Positions 26,583 through 36,524 of a stretch of 64,000 nucleotides of DNA are shown one piece after another. The stretch lies in the NCBI GenBank assembly GCA_900316575.1, contig ONDJ01000004.1, positions 63,736 through 127,735 of the forward strand. The letters run 5' to 3'. The translations under genes were made by a program, and so were the position numbers. Numbering within the stretch: position 1 is the stretch's first letter; each line of letters begins with the position of its first letter. A model generated the notes under the pieces. That model was not told the DNA's origin. It searched no databases and saw only the letters and a program-made list of their open reading frames with translations. The stretch is from an uncultured Prevotellaceae bacterium (GTDB lineage Bacteria > Bacteroidota > Bacteroidia > Bacteroidales > Bacteroidaceae).

Positions 26583-29500
26583 TTAGAATGGATTGACTAT
26601 TCCTAAGTTGCGATCAACGAGCAGACCGTCTTGAGGTGTGAGTGAGTAGGTGCCGGCTTTCTTGGCGCGAAACTTAATGACGAAGAGCGTTTGGTTGCCC
26701 TCGTCGAGCAGGACGTCGTTGCCACGATTGACAAAGGTGGGATAAAGTGCCTTGGTTCCATTGGTGTGCAGACGGTCGTTGGTGAGGTTCACCATATTCT
26801 TCATGCCAATGGGCTCAATGCTCATGAACTCCAATTCTGCGGGATCGTAGGGCAGAGCAAAACCAACGCCATTGACAAAGTGGAGGTCAGTGCCACTCAC
26901 TGTGACGCGGATTTCATCGCCAGCTGTGTATTGTTGCTTATCGCTAACGAGCTGGAGCGTTCCTGCTACATGGTCGTTGCTCTCTTTTGCACCACCGTCA
27001 AGCTGAGTGGTGACGACGCTGATGTCGTAAGCATCAATCTGCCCATTGCCATTGATGTCGCCAATGCTCACATAGTCGAAGTCGGCATCGCCACGACGCA
27101 GTCCATTATAGTTCATATAGCTTGTGAGGTCGTTATCGTCGATGCGGCGGTCGCGGTTGATGTCGCCTTGGAGCTGACTTTCGGTGCCTTCTTTGCGGAA
27201 CACATAGAGTTCGCGTCCGCTGGCAAAGTTGCCTACGGCTTCGTCAATATGCAAACGGATGTAGCGAGCTGTTTGTCCGTCAGCAAAGTTGATAGTCTTG
27301 GGGTCACCATTGCGCTCCCACACGAAGGCCGCGGGTTGGCTCCATAGTTGTTTGTCGGTGCTGATACTATACGTTCCTTTGGTGATGCAACCATTGCCAG
27401 CATCTTCGCGCGGCATATAGACAAGCGAGGATAGTTCGTTGACACTGTGGAGATCGATGGTGAGCGTACCGCCTGCGGCATCGTGGGTGCTCCAGTCGCT
27501 GTGCCACATAGTCTTTTCGTCGCGATCGAAGAGTTTGTCAACATCTTGCCCGCCTTGGTTCTTAAAGGTTGTGATACCAGTCACGCCGCTAACAGCCCAT
27601 TTCAAGGGGTCGGCAGTTGTCCGCACACTAATGGTGGTCCAAGGCGAAACGGCACTATTGCCAACGGCGCGTAGCCGGAAGGAATAGTCTGTTTCGGGTG
27701 TTAAGCCATCAAGGGTGAATTGCTTGGCGCGAATGGTGCTTTCTATCATGCCGTCACGCTCAATCTCGTAGAACTGCGCATCGGGAACAGCTGTCCACTG
27801 AGGGGTGACGGAATAAGCTGCTGTTTGCTTCATGGTGACAACAGGCTGAGCTAATGTTGCGGGCAAGTTGTCGGTTTCGGGTACACTGAGTGCCAAGGGC
27901 TGGAAACCTTGTACGTCAACACGTATTGCGTTGGCGGCAGTATTGGTCTTAGGAAGTTTCACCATGATACGCGGATTGGTGCGCAGGCCTTCGATAGGCG
28001 ATGACTGGCCTTCTGTCATAAACATGGTGAGCTGCGGCGCGTCTTCAGTGTAGGCCCATCCTTGTTCTGCAGTTTCAAGTTCGGCGGCTGTAAGTTTGCG
28101 GAGTTTTATTTTCTTTCCACCTATGGTGGCAACAACCTTACGAGGAGCAGCACCCGTGTTGATGACGAGGTCGGTTTGTTTCAGAGGCTCAAAGCCTTGG
28201 AAGCTGCCTACTGTTGGTGCTATCTCTATGCTCAAGACACCTTTTCCTGTGACACAAGTGCTAACGTTTGTCGCCGCGTGCTCTCCGCGCAGATAGGCTT
28301 GCGTGCGTCCGTCGTCGTCGTACTCGGTGAATTGAGTGCCTTGATGCGCATAAATGAAGTATTTTCGATAGTCTGTAGGAGCTTGGTTTGGCGTATTGTG
28401 TGGGCGCGTCATTGGAATGATGGCGTCAGCTGCGGCAAACACGGGAAGTTTCCACAGCGGTGCGTCAAAGTTGTTGATGATGCGTGCGCCGAGGTAAGTT
28501 TCTCCAGTGAAGATGTCGGTCCATCGGCCTTCAGGGAGATAAATACCATTGCGAATATCGTTGCCCAATGCGTCAGCAGCAGTATTCTTATAAATGGGAG
28601 CCACAAGCAGGTAGGGGCCATACATATATTGATATTGTGTCTGAGAGCCCAGCGTGTATCGGTTGGGGTAATCGAGGAACATGGCACGTATCATGGGCTT
28701 TCCATCTACAGCTGTGCGAGCAATGCTGTAAGTATAGGGCATCAAGGCGGCTTTGAGCTTCAGGTATGTTCGATTGAAACTTGCTGCAGGCTCGCCCAAT
28801 GCTTGTGGGTACTTGGGATTTGCTCCCCATCCATCCATGTTGAGTTCCATCGGGGTAAAGGTTTTCCACTGGTACTCGCGAACGTTTACGGGGAGGTTTT
28901 TCCCACCAAAGATACCATCTACGTCGTTGGTAATATTGGGCTGTCCGCTAAGTCCTGCCCCGATAAATGTAGGAATATGATAGCGGATGTATTCCCAGTC
29001 GCCTCCAGTTTGGTCACCGGTCCAAATGCCAGCATAGCGCTGTGTGCCAGCCCAGCCGTCAACAGAAATAATAAACGGACGCGCATCGTTGCCATAGCGG
29101 GGCATGATTTCGCCTACATCAGCCACACCGTTAAGCCCAAAGCTATAACCTGCACCCACCCAAGCCACGTCGGTTTTGAGCACACGCACGCCTGCTGTGC
29201 CTACTTCGCCTATGATGTCGCGTTGCAGCAGTGGTTCAATACCTTCTTTGGGATAGAGGTCACTCTGTGTCCACAAACCGATTTCAACACCTTTGCTGCG
29301 AGCATATTCACCAAACTGACGCAGGTTTTCAATGTTGCCTTCAAGCGAGCCCGTCTGACCATAGCCAGCACCATAGCCATCGTTGGGCAGAAACCACCCA
29401 AGCGGCATATCAGCCTTTAGATAGCGATCGATAGCAGCGCGAGCAGAGAACTGATAGCCACCAGGAATTTCGCCGTTGAGACTTTCACGAATACCACCAT

Positions 29501-30404
29501 TGTCTGTTTGACTTTCATTGTATCGGTGTCCGTCTTCGTAAGCCATGAGACCGCCACCATTTTCAACACGTGTCCAGTAGTCGCGGTTATAAGCATTCAG
29601 ATGCCCCTCGTAGAAGCCAAACTTTGGCAGCAACACTGGATGTCCTGTGAGCTGATAAAAGTCATTCAAAAGCGCTATGGGCGTTGCGTCAACCATCAAG
29701 AACACATCTAAGTAGTTTTCATTGTGCGACAGCTGGCAAACTCCAGGTGTAGTTTCACCGAAGTCGTAACGACCAGGCTTGAACGTATGCCACATAAGGG
29801 CATATCCAGCCGTGGTCCAATAGAAAGGTGTGGGCGATGCTACGCCGCCGTCCACCCAGTTATTGGTGTTTTCAATAGCGATACTGTGCCCACGATGCGA
29901 GAACCGCCCGTTTTGCACGCCGCCGCCATAAGTGTATTCGTTTTCAGATAGTGCGAAGCGTAATGTCACTTTGTTCTGTTCAAACTCAGCAGCCTGCGTT
30001 TCTTTAACAACGATAGACCCCGTGCGCAAGTCTGTTGCAGTGAGCAATCCAAGTTGTTTGTTGAATGATAAACGCACCTCATCGGTTTGGACCGCGTATG
30101 CCGTACCAAGATCTTCCAACTTTACCATACTCACTCTTTTGCGTGGTTGTTTCAGCAAGATTTCAGCTGGAGGCTCTGCCGATGGATTGCGCACAGCTTC
30201 TCCAGAAGGATCTGAAAACAAACGCACTACATTAGACGCATAAAAATCTACCGTCATCGTGCGTCCGCTTTCGTAGGTCAGCACGATAGCCGTTTGTCCT
30301 GAGGTACGCGCCTCTTTGATAGACTCAGCTCGAAGCTGCAGGGAGATAAGACTTAATAGCGTAAGAGCTATTGAAAGAACATTACGATAAGAGAGAGGTG
30401 CCAT
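26583..30404 (-). CDS. Multimodular GH31, probably alpha-N-acetylgalactosaminidase type: GH31 + FN3 + F5/8 (CBM32) + dockerin + cohesin-like, 1273 aa
   Basis: GWFLPNDGYG nucleophile region, WTGDQTG, YSFRLRA FN3, FDRD..T.WHS F5/8, two GDIN.D..ID repeats, terminal cohesin-like beta-sandwich. Confidence 0.8.
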   Translation of the reverse strand: MAPLSYRNVLSIALTLLSLISLQLRAESIKEARTSGQTAIVLTYESGRTMTVDFYASNVVRLFSDPSGEAVRNPSAEPPAEILLKQPRKRVSMVKLEDLGTAYAVQTDEVRLSFNKQLGLLTATDLRTGSIVVKETQAAEFEQNKVTLRFALSENEYTYGGGVQNGRFSHRGHSIAIENTNNWVDGGVASPTPFYWTTAGYALMWHTFKPGRYDFGETTPGVCQLSHNENYLDVFLMVDATPIALLNDFYQLTGHPVLLPKFGFYEGHLNAYNRDYWTRVENGGGLMAYEDGHRYNESQTDNGGIRESLNGEIPGGYQFSARAAIDRYLKADMPLGWFLPNDGYGAGYGQTGSLEGNIENLRQFGEYARSKGVEIGLWTQSDLYPKEGIEPLLQRDIIGEVGTAGVRVLKTDVAWVGAGYSFGLNGVADVGEIMPRYGNDARPFIISVDGWAGTQRYAGIWTGDQTGGDWEYIRYHIPTFIGAGLSGQPNITNDVDGIFGGKNLPVNVREYQWKTFTPMELNMDGWGANPKYPQALGEPAASFNRTYLKLKAALMPYTYSIARTAVDGKPMIRAMFLDYPNRYTLGSQTQYQYMYGPYLLVAPIYKNTAADALGNDIRNGIYLPEGRWTDIFTGETYLGARIINNFDAPLWKLPVFAAADAIIPMTRPHNTPNQAPTDYRKYFIYAHQGTQFTEYDDDGRTQAYLRGEHAATNVSTCVTGKGVLSIEIAPTVGSFQGFEPLKQTDLVINTGAAPRKVVATIGGKKIKLRKLTAAELETAEQGWAYTEDAPQLTMFMTEGQSSPIEGLRTNPRIMVKLPKTNTAANAIRVDVQGFQPLALSVPETDNLPATLAQPVVTMKQTAAYSVTPQWTAVPDAQFYEIERDGMIESTIRAKQFTLDGLTPETDYSFRLRAVGNSAVSPWTTISVRTTADPLKWAVSGVTGITTFKNQGGQDVDKLFDRDEKTMWHSDWSTHDAAGGTLTIDLHSVNELSSLVYMPREDAGNGCITKGTYSISTDKQLWSQPAAFVWERNGDPKTINFADGQTARYIRLHIDEAVGNFASGRELYVFRKEGTESQLQGDINRDRRIDDNDLTSYMNYNGLRRGDADFDYVSIGDINGNGQIDAYDISVVTTQLDGGAKESNDHVAGTLQLVSDKQQYTAGDEIRVTVSGTDLHFVNGVGFALPYDPAELEFMSIEPIGMKNMVNLTNDRLHTNGTKALYPTFVNRGNDVLLDEGNQTLFVIKFRAKKAGTYSLTPQDGLLVDRNLGIVNPF

Positions 30405-30412
30405 GATAAATA

Positions 30413-31033
30413 CTAAAATGTTTTATTGTTACTAATCCAAGCGTCAATGATGGCAATTCCTTTTTCCGTACAACAGCCACGAATGTAGCGCAAGATGGTA
30501 TTTGAGAAAACATGCGCCATTGTATGCTTTTCAATCAAATGAAGCGCAAAGACATTTTCAACCATCATTGCTGTCATGTCATAGACGATTTCAAAGTCGG
30601 TCTCGGGTAGGAAAACACCTTCCTCAATGCCACGCACCAAAAAGGCGACCGCTTCTTGTCGCTGTCGTTCGTGTTGTTCTGCAAAATATTTGCGTGCGGC
30701 AGGATAGTCCTGCAATTGGGCTACAAAGACAGGGCTGATATGGTGACTTTCATTAAGCTTTAACCGAAAAACACGCAAAATACCCTCAAGAACGTTCGCA
30801 CTTTCTTTAACAGCTTCTTCCATCTGCAAGCGATTTTGTTCCTGCTTTTGCTTTAGGCAACCAAGCACAAGTCGTTCCTTGCTTTGATAAATTTCATAAA
30901 GTGTACGCTTGCTGATGTGCAGGTCTTCAGCAATTTGACTCATCGTTATCTCCTTGATGCCCTTATTGTGAAAAAGCTTCAAGGCATAAGCTATGATTGT
31001 GTCGCGATATTGCGGGTCGTCACGTCTGAGCAT
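30413..31033 (-). CDS. TetR/AcrR family transcriptional regulator
   Basis: ALKLFHNKGIKEITMSQIAEDLHISKRTLYEIY HTH. Confidence 0.92.
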   Translation of the reverse strand: MLRRDDPQYRDTIIAYALKLFHNKGIKEITMSQIAEDLHISKRTLYEIYQSKERLVLGCLKQKQEQNRLQMEEAVKESANVLEGILRVFRLKLNESHHISPVFVAQLQDYPAARKYFAEQHERQRQEAVAFLVRGIEEGVFLPETDFEIVYDMTAMMVENVFALHLIEKHTMAHVFSNTILRYIRGCCTEKGIAIIDAWISNNKTF

Positions 31034-31130
31034 GTTGTTTTTTTGTAAAGTGCGGTTCTTTCCATCAATCGGCGACAAATATAGACAAAAATAAACCTAA
31101 ACAGCTCTTTGCAGGTAAAGTTTTCAAATA

Positions 31131-31173
31131 GATAGCATTCGAGGCGTGCACAGCAACCGCCTCGAATGCTATC
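31131..31173 (-). terminator. Terminator hairpin of the serC-serA-DUF1015 operon
   Basis: GATAGCATTCGAGGCG / CGCCTCGAATGCTATC perfect 16-bp stem. Confidence 0.75.
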
Positions 31174-31194
31174 ATAGACAAAAGAATTCTTATT

Positions 31195-32442
31195 TTAATC
31201 AAGCTTGTGGATGACAAGCCCGCTACGGAGCTTTGGTTCAAACCAGGTGGCTTTGGGAGGCATAATGTTGCCGCTGTCGGCGATATCCATGATTTGCTGC
31301 ATAGTGACGGGATAGAGGGCAAGCGCCATCTTCATTTCTCCGCTGTCAACGCGGCGCTTGAGTTCACCGAGCCCTCGCAAACCTCCAACGAAATCAATGC
31401 GCTTGTCTGAACGCAAATCTTTGATGCCAAGTATTTGGTCGAGAATGAGGCGACTTGAAATATCCACGTCAAGCACTCCGATAGGATCGTCTTCTTTGTA
31501 TGTGCCAGGCTTTGCCGTAAGGCTGTACCAAAGACCATCAACGTATAACGAGAACTCGTGAAGCTTGGCGGGTTTATAGATGTCAGCTCCTTGAAGTTCT
31601 ACGACAAAGTTCTCTGAAAGTTTTCCGAGGAAGGCTTCTGTCGTTAGTCCATTAAGATCGCGCACCACGCGGTTGTAGTCAAGGATAGTGAGTTGCGAAG
31701 CTTGAAATGCTACGGCCATGAAGTAGTTGTATTCTTCAGTGCCTTTGCTATTTGGGTCTTGAGCGGCCTTCTCTGCTCCCACAAGAGCTGCTGCGGCACT
31801 TCTGTGATGCCCATCGGCAATGTAGAGTGCCGGCATCTTGGCAAATTCTTCGGTGATAAGTGCGATGTCGGCATCATCTTTCACAAGCCAGAATTGATGG
31901 CGAAATCCGTCGATAGGTGCAATGAAGTCGTACTCAGGTTCTGTGGCTGCATAGCGCATAAGTAGCGCATCAAGAACTGTATTGTCGGGGTAGGCAAAGA
32001 ATACAGGTTCTATGTTGGCATTGTTGACACGCACGTGCTTCATGCGGTCTTCTTCTTTATCTCGACGCGTGAGCTCGTGCTTTTTGATGAGTCCACTCTG
32101 ATAGTCTTTGGTGTGTGCTCCGATGACAAGGCCATACTGCGTTTTGCCGTTCATGGTTTGGGCATAGATGTAGTACATTTCCTTGTCGTCCTGCACAAGC
32201 CAACCTCTGTCTTGAAACTTTTGGAAGTTTTCGGCAGCTTTCTCATAGACGCGCGGGTCGTATTCGCTGATACCTACGGGGAAGTCTATCTCGGGTTTTA
32301 TAATATGGTAAAGCGACATTTCGTTATCGCCTGCTTCTGCACGCGCTTCTTCGCTTTCAAGTACGTCATAGGGGCGGCTCTCTACTTGCTCCACGAGGTT
32401 GCGAGGCGGACGCAAGCCTTTGAAAGGTTTTATGGTTGCCAT
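31195..32442 (-). CDS. DUF1015 family protein
   Basis: PYDV, KKHELTR..KEEDR, LYIADGHHR, MPPKATWFEPKLRSGL. Confidence 0.9.
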   Translation of the reverse strand: MATIKPFKGLRPPRNLVEQVESRPYDVLESEEARAEAGDNEMSLYHIIKPEIDFPVGISEYDPRVYEKAAENFQKFQDRGWLVQDDKEMYYIYAQTMNGKTQYGLVIGAHTKDYQSGLIKKHELTRRDKEEDRMKHVRVNNANIEPVFFAYPDNTVLDALLMRYAATEPEYDFIAPIDGFRHQFWLVKDDADIALITEEFAKMPALYIADGHHRSAAAALVGAEKAAQDPNSKGTEEYNYFMAVAFQASQLTILDYNRVVRDLNGLTTEAFLGKLSENFVVELQGADIYKPAKLHEFSLYVDGLWYSLTAKPGTYKEDDPIGVLDVDISSRLILDQILGIKDLRSDKRIDFVGGLRGLGELKRRVDSGEMKMALALYPVTMQQIMDIADSGNIMPPKATWFEPKLRSGLVIHKLD

Positions 32443-32508
32443 AAGGGAAGTAATCATAAAATAGGCCTCACCCCTTTGGTTGAGGGTGAGGCTTGTTAGA
32501 CAATCTTT

Positions 32509-33426
32509 TTACTTGTTAACTTGGAATTTCGTGCAGCCTTCTTTGAAGTAGGCCGTAATTTGGCGAGCTGCTGCAATACCTGCATTGATGTTTGCTTCTT
32601 GTGTTTGAGCACCCATCTTCTTAGGAGTACTGAAGTAACGTCCTTCAAACTGCTTGAAATCTCCATCAGCATCAGGTTTGATGTCTGTCACAAAGCGCAA
32701 GTCTTCGCGCTCTTGCATCAAACGAAGCAGACCAGGCTCGTCAATGACTTCTTTGCGAGCTGTATTAACAAGCACTCCGCCTTTCTTCATCTTTCCGACA
32801 AGGTCATATCCAATGCTTTGCTTCGTTTCGGGAGTGGCTGGGATATGAAGTGAAACAACATCGCACTGTTCAAAAAGCTCTTCCTGTGACTTTGCGGCAT
32901 GAACGCTAGCGGCTTCTATCACATCGGCTGGGCAGTAGGCATCGTAGGCATAGACATCCATGCCAAAGCCTTTAGCAATACGTGCAACATTGCGCCCAAC
33001 ATTGCCAAAGGCCAGAATGCCGAGTTTCTTGCCGAGCAGTTCTGTGCCTGCCTTGCCATTGTAGAATCCACGCACTGCGCTGACCAACAGGCCGAAAACG
33101 AGTTCGGCAACGGCGTTGGCATTTTGCCCAGGTGTGTTTTCTACCACAACATTGTGCGCTGTAGCTGCAGCCAAATCCACGTTGTCATAGCCAGCACCTG
33201 CGCGTACCACAATTTTGAGATTTTTTGCTGCGGCTAACACTTCGGCATCGATTTTGTCGCTACGAATGATGATGGCATCAACACCAGCCACGGCTTCAAG
33301 AAGTTGGGCTTTTTCGGAATATTTCTCAAGTAGAACCAATTCATTGCCTGCGGCTTCGGTTTCTTTGCGAATGCCCTCAACAGCTGCAGGCGCAAACGGC
33401 TTTTCTGTTGCTATTAGAACTTTCAT
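32509..33426 (-). CDS. serA: D-3-phosphoglycerate dehydrogenase-like (short form)
   Basis: RAGAGYDNVD, NTPGQNANAVAE, AFGNVG, SLHIP, NTAR; follows serC. Confidence 0.85.
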   Translation of the reverse strand: MKVLIATEKPFAPAAVEGIRKETEAAGNELVLLEKYSEKAQLLEAVAGVDAIIIRSDKIDAEVLAAAKNLKIVVRAGAGYDNVDLAAATAHNVVVENTPGQNANAVAELVFGLLVSAVRGFYNGKAGTELLGKKLGILAFGNVGRNVARIAKGFGMDVYAYDAYCPADVIEAASVHAAKSQEELFEQCDVVSLHIPATPETKQSIGYDLVGKMKKGGVLVNTARKEVIDEPGLLRLMQEREDLRFVTDIKPDADGDFKQFEGRYFSTPKKMGAQTQEANINAGIAAARQITAYFKEGCTKFQVNK

Positions 33427-33441
33427 AATAGTACTTTAGAG

Positions 33442-34503
33442 TTAATGCTTTGCTTCGTATTCTTTCATGCAATCCACAAGAGCCTGCACACCTTCAAGTT
33501 CCATAGCATTGTAACAGCTGGCGCGGAAACCACCAACGCTACGGTGACCTTTGATGCCTACCATACCGCGTGCTGTAGCGAAGTCGAAGAAGTCTTTTTC
33601 GAGCTCCTTGTATTCGTCTTTGAGCACGAAGCAGATGTTCATTAGCGAACGGTCTTCTTCGTTTGCAGTACCCACAAAGAGTTTGTTGCGATCAATTTCG
33701 CCGTAAAGCAGTTCTGCACGGGCTTCTGCACGGCGTTGCATGGCTTCTGTGCCGCCCATCTTCTTGATCCATTGCAGATTTTTATATGCGCTATAGATAG
33801 GCACTACAGGCGGTGTATTGAACATTGAGCCTTTGTCGATGTGTGTGCGGTAGTCAAGCATCGTAGGAATAGTGCGGCTCACCTTGCCAAGGAGTTCGTT
33901 CTTCACGACAACAAAGGTGACACCAGCCATTGCCAAATTCTTCTGCGCTCCACCGTAGATCATGCCATACTTGCTTACGTCAACGGGGCGTGAGAAAATG
34001 TCGCTCGACATATCGGCAACCAATGGTACAGGGCTGTCGATGTCCTTACGGATTTCTGTTCCGTAAATGGTATTGTTCGTTGTGATATGGAAATAGTCGG
34101 CATCAGCTGGAACCTGATAGTCCTTCGGAATGAAAGTATAATTAGCATCTGCGCTGCTGGCAACTTCAACGACTTCGCCGAAGCCTTTAGCTTCCTTGAG
34201 GGCTTTCTTAGCCCAAACTCCAGTGTTGAGATATGCGGCTTTCGTTTCCAAAAGATTGTAAGGCACCATGCAGAATTGCAGACTAGCTCCACCGCCAAGG
34301 AATACTACGCTGTATCCTTCGGGCACACCAAGAACCTCTTTGAACAAGGCATCGGTTTCGTCCATTATAGCTTGCCAATCTTTACTGCGGTGGCTAATTT
34401 CCATTAGCGAAAGACCATTAAAATCACGGCAAGCATCGGCAACGGCTGCCATCACTTCTTGCGGGAGGATAGACGGACCCGCACCGAAATTGTACTTCTT
34501 CAT
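33442..34503 (-). CDS. serC: Phosphoserine aminotransferase
   Basis: [38 protein letters not shown]. Confidence 0.97.
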   Translation of the reverse strand: MKKYNFGAGPSILPQEVMAAVADACRDFNGLSLMEISHRSKDWQAIMDETDALFKEVLGVPEGYSVVFLGGGASLQFCMVPYNLLETKAAYLNTGVWAKKALKEAKGFGEVVEVASSADANYTFIPKDYQVPADADYFHITTNNTIYGTEIRKDIDSPVPLVADMSSDIFSRPVDVSKYGMIYGGAQKNLAMAGVTFVVVKNELLGKVSRTIPTMLDYRTHIDKGSMFNTPPVVPIYSAYKNLQWIKKMGGTEAMQRRAEARAELLYGEIDRNKLFVGTANEEDRSLMNICFVLKDEYKELEKDFFDFATARGMVGIKGHRSVGGFRASCYNAMELEGVQALVDCMKEYEAKH

Positions 34504-34727
34504 AGAAATGTGAGAATTGAAAAGATTAAGATTAAGTTGTTGTCGCTTTTAGGTTTTTGGGAATACCTGCATCCCCACCATCCTAAGTCGAAAACCTATT
34601 GCTACTAAATGAGCGATTAGGTTTTAACAGCGCGAAAGTAGTTCTTTTTTACTAATTGTGGCTATGTCTGTGTTTTTTTTCACCTTTTTCGCGCAGTTTT
34701 GCGCAAATGTGTGGACAAAAGACAAGG

Positions 34728-34777
34728 TATAAAGAAATCGCAAAACGCCAACATGAGCGCTCTGCGATTTCTTTATA
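34728..34777 (-). terminator. Terminator hairpin after the OmpA/MotB-like gene
   Basis: TATAAAGAAATCGCA / TGCGATTTCTTTATA 15-bp stem. Confidence 0.7.
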
Positions 34778-34799
34778 TACGGTGTGTGTGTTACGATGC

Positions 34800-35699
34800 T
34801 TATTGAGCATCATTCTCAGGAGCTTGGTCAATGAGCTCGAGGAATTGGTCAAGCCGCGGTGTTATGATAATTTGTGTTCGGCGGTTGCGTTGCTTTCCGC
34901 TTTCGGTCGTATTGGTGGCTATCGGGTTATACTCACCGCGTCCAGCAGCTGAAAGGCGGCTTGGGTCAACACCATAGCGCGTTTGAAGCTCTTGTACTAC
35001 ACTCGATGCTCGCAAACATGAGAGATCCCAGTTATTGCGAATGTTGGGGCGTGAAATAGGAACATTGTCCGTGTTACCTTCTACCAGCACGTCATAATCG
35101 CTGTAGTCCATAATAATTTTAGCAATCTTAGAGAGTGTTTCGCCAGCACGCTCGCCAATTTCGTACGATCCGCTCTTGTAGAGCATGTTGTCTGCCAGTG
35201 AGATATACACCACTCCTTTTAGCACTTGTACATCAACCTCCTGCAGTTCTTCGCGTGTCAAGCTACGTGTCAGGCGATCGGTCAACACTTGATTGAGGGA
35301 GTCGCTACGATTTTTGGCATCGACGAGCTGGTGGATAAAGCGGTTTGAAGCGTTAATCTCATCAACAAGCTTGCCGATGTTCACAGCACCTTGACTTACG
35401 CTTTGGCTATAGTTTGACATCAGTGTGTTATACTGATTTTGAAGGTCGGCCAAGCGTTGACGTTCTTCAGCCAATCGCTCTTCAAGGCTGCTACCCTGTG
35501 TGCGCAGTTGGGCAATTGTCACTTGTGCATCGTTATACTGGCCTTGAAGTGTAGAATAATTGCCACGCAAGTCGGCATGGCGGGTGCGCAGGCTGTCGTA
35601 TTGTCCTTGCAGGGCTTGGAATTGTTTCTTGCTTACACAGCTTGTGGTAAACAACGTTGCCAACATGATGATGGCCAATGAGAGAATGTTCTTTTTCAT
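34800..35699 (-). CDS. OmpA/MotB-family lipoprotein with a coiled coil
   Basis: Lipobox TTS-C, heptad region, EGNTDNVP, NWDLSCLRA.SV, NRRTQI. Confidence 0.88.
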   Translation of the reverse strand: MKKNILSLAIIMLATLFTTSCVSKKQFQALQGQYDSLRTRHADLRGNYSTLQGQYNDAQVTIAQLRTQGSSLEERLAEERQRLADLQNQYNTLMSNYSQSVSQGAVNIGKLVDEINASNRFIHQLVDAKNRSDSLNQVLTDRLTRSLTREELQEVDVQVLKGVVYISLADNMLYKSGSYEIGERAGETLSKIAKIIMDYSDYDVLVEGNTDNVPISRPNIRNNWDLSCLRASSVVQELQTRYGVDPSRLSAAGRGEYNPIATNTTESGKQRNRRTQIIITPRLDQFLELIDQAPENDAQ

Positions 35700-35868
35700 T
35701 GCTAATTTGCTTGCTTTTATGCTTGCTTTAGTTTGATTTGTTACGTTTTTTCAGACGGCAAAGTTAGCTTAGGGTTTAATTGCAGCCAAATGTTTCTTAG
35801 AAATTTAGGATTATTTATATATCTTCGCGCCCAAAAGTTAAGAGGCGTTCCTTTTTTTATTCTTTTTT

Positions 35869-36501
35869 ATGAGTGCAGAAATAATTCGCTGGGTGCTTGA
35901 GAACTTAGACTACTGGATTGTCGTTCTCTTTATGGCCATTGAGAGCAGTTTTATTCCCTTTCCTTCTGAAGTTGTTGTGCCACCGGCAGCGTGGCTGTCA
36001 ATGGCGAGCGACTCGATGAACATTGTGCTTGTTGTGGTTGCCGCAACGATTGGAGCCGATGTGGGTGCGTTGGTCAATTATGCGCTTGCCCGATATCTCG
36101 GCAGACCCATTGTATATCGGTTTGCTGATAGCCGATTGGGGCATCTTTGTTTGCTTGATCGTGCTAAGGTTGAACACGCAGAGGACTACTTCCGTCGTCA
36201 TGGCGCAACGAGCACTTTCTTTGGACGCTTGGTTCCCGCTGTTCGGCAGCTCATTTCTATTCCAGCAGGCTTGGCTAAGATGCCTATCGGAAAGTTCCTA
36301 GTATTTACGACGCTTGGAGCGGGTGTTTGGAACACCATTCTGGCTTTGATAGGGTGGGGGATCTATCGTTTCACGTCGGTAAAGACCGTTGATGAAGTCT
36401 ATCAACTCGCTAAGCAATACAATGCCGAAATCAGCATTGCCGTTCTGGTGATTGTGGCTATTGCCATAGGTGTTGTTGTTTACAAAGCTCGGAAGAAATA
36501 G
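35869..36501 (+). CDS. DedA family membrane protein
   Basis: IESSFIPFPSE, FFGRLVPAVRQLISIPAG. Confidence 0.92.
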   Translation: MSAEIIRWVLENLDYWIVVLFMAIESSFIPFPSEVVVPPAAWLSMASDSMNIVLVVVAATIGADVGALVNYALARYLGRPIVYRFADSRLGHLCLLDRAKVEHAEDYFRRHGATSTFFGRLVPAVRQLISIPAGLAKMPIGKFLVFTTLGAGVWNTILALIGWGIYRFTSVKTVDEVYQLAKQYNAEISIAVLVIVAIAIGVVVYKARKK

Positions 36502-36524
36502 ATACCGTTATTATATATAGTAGT

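Noticed and set aside
28062-29420. 452-aa plus-strand ORF (and similar long shadow ORFs at 4396-5139, 19521-20189, 36546-37193, 54868-55569, 58095-58937)
   Set aside because: These are antisense shadows of well-supported genes, with no family motifs
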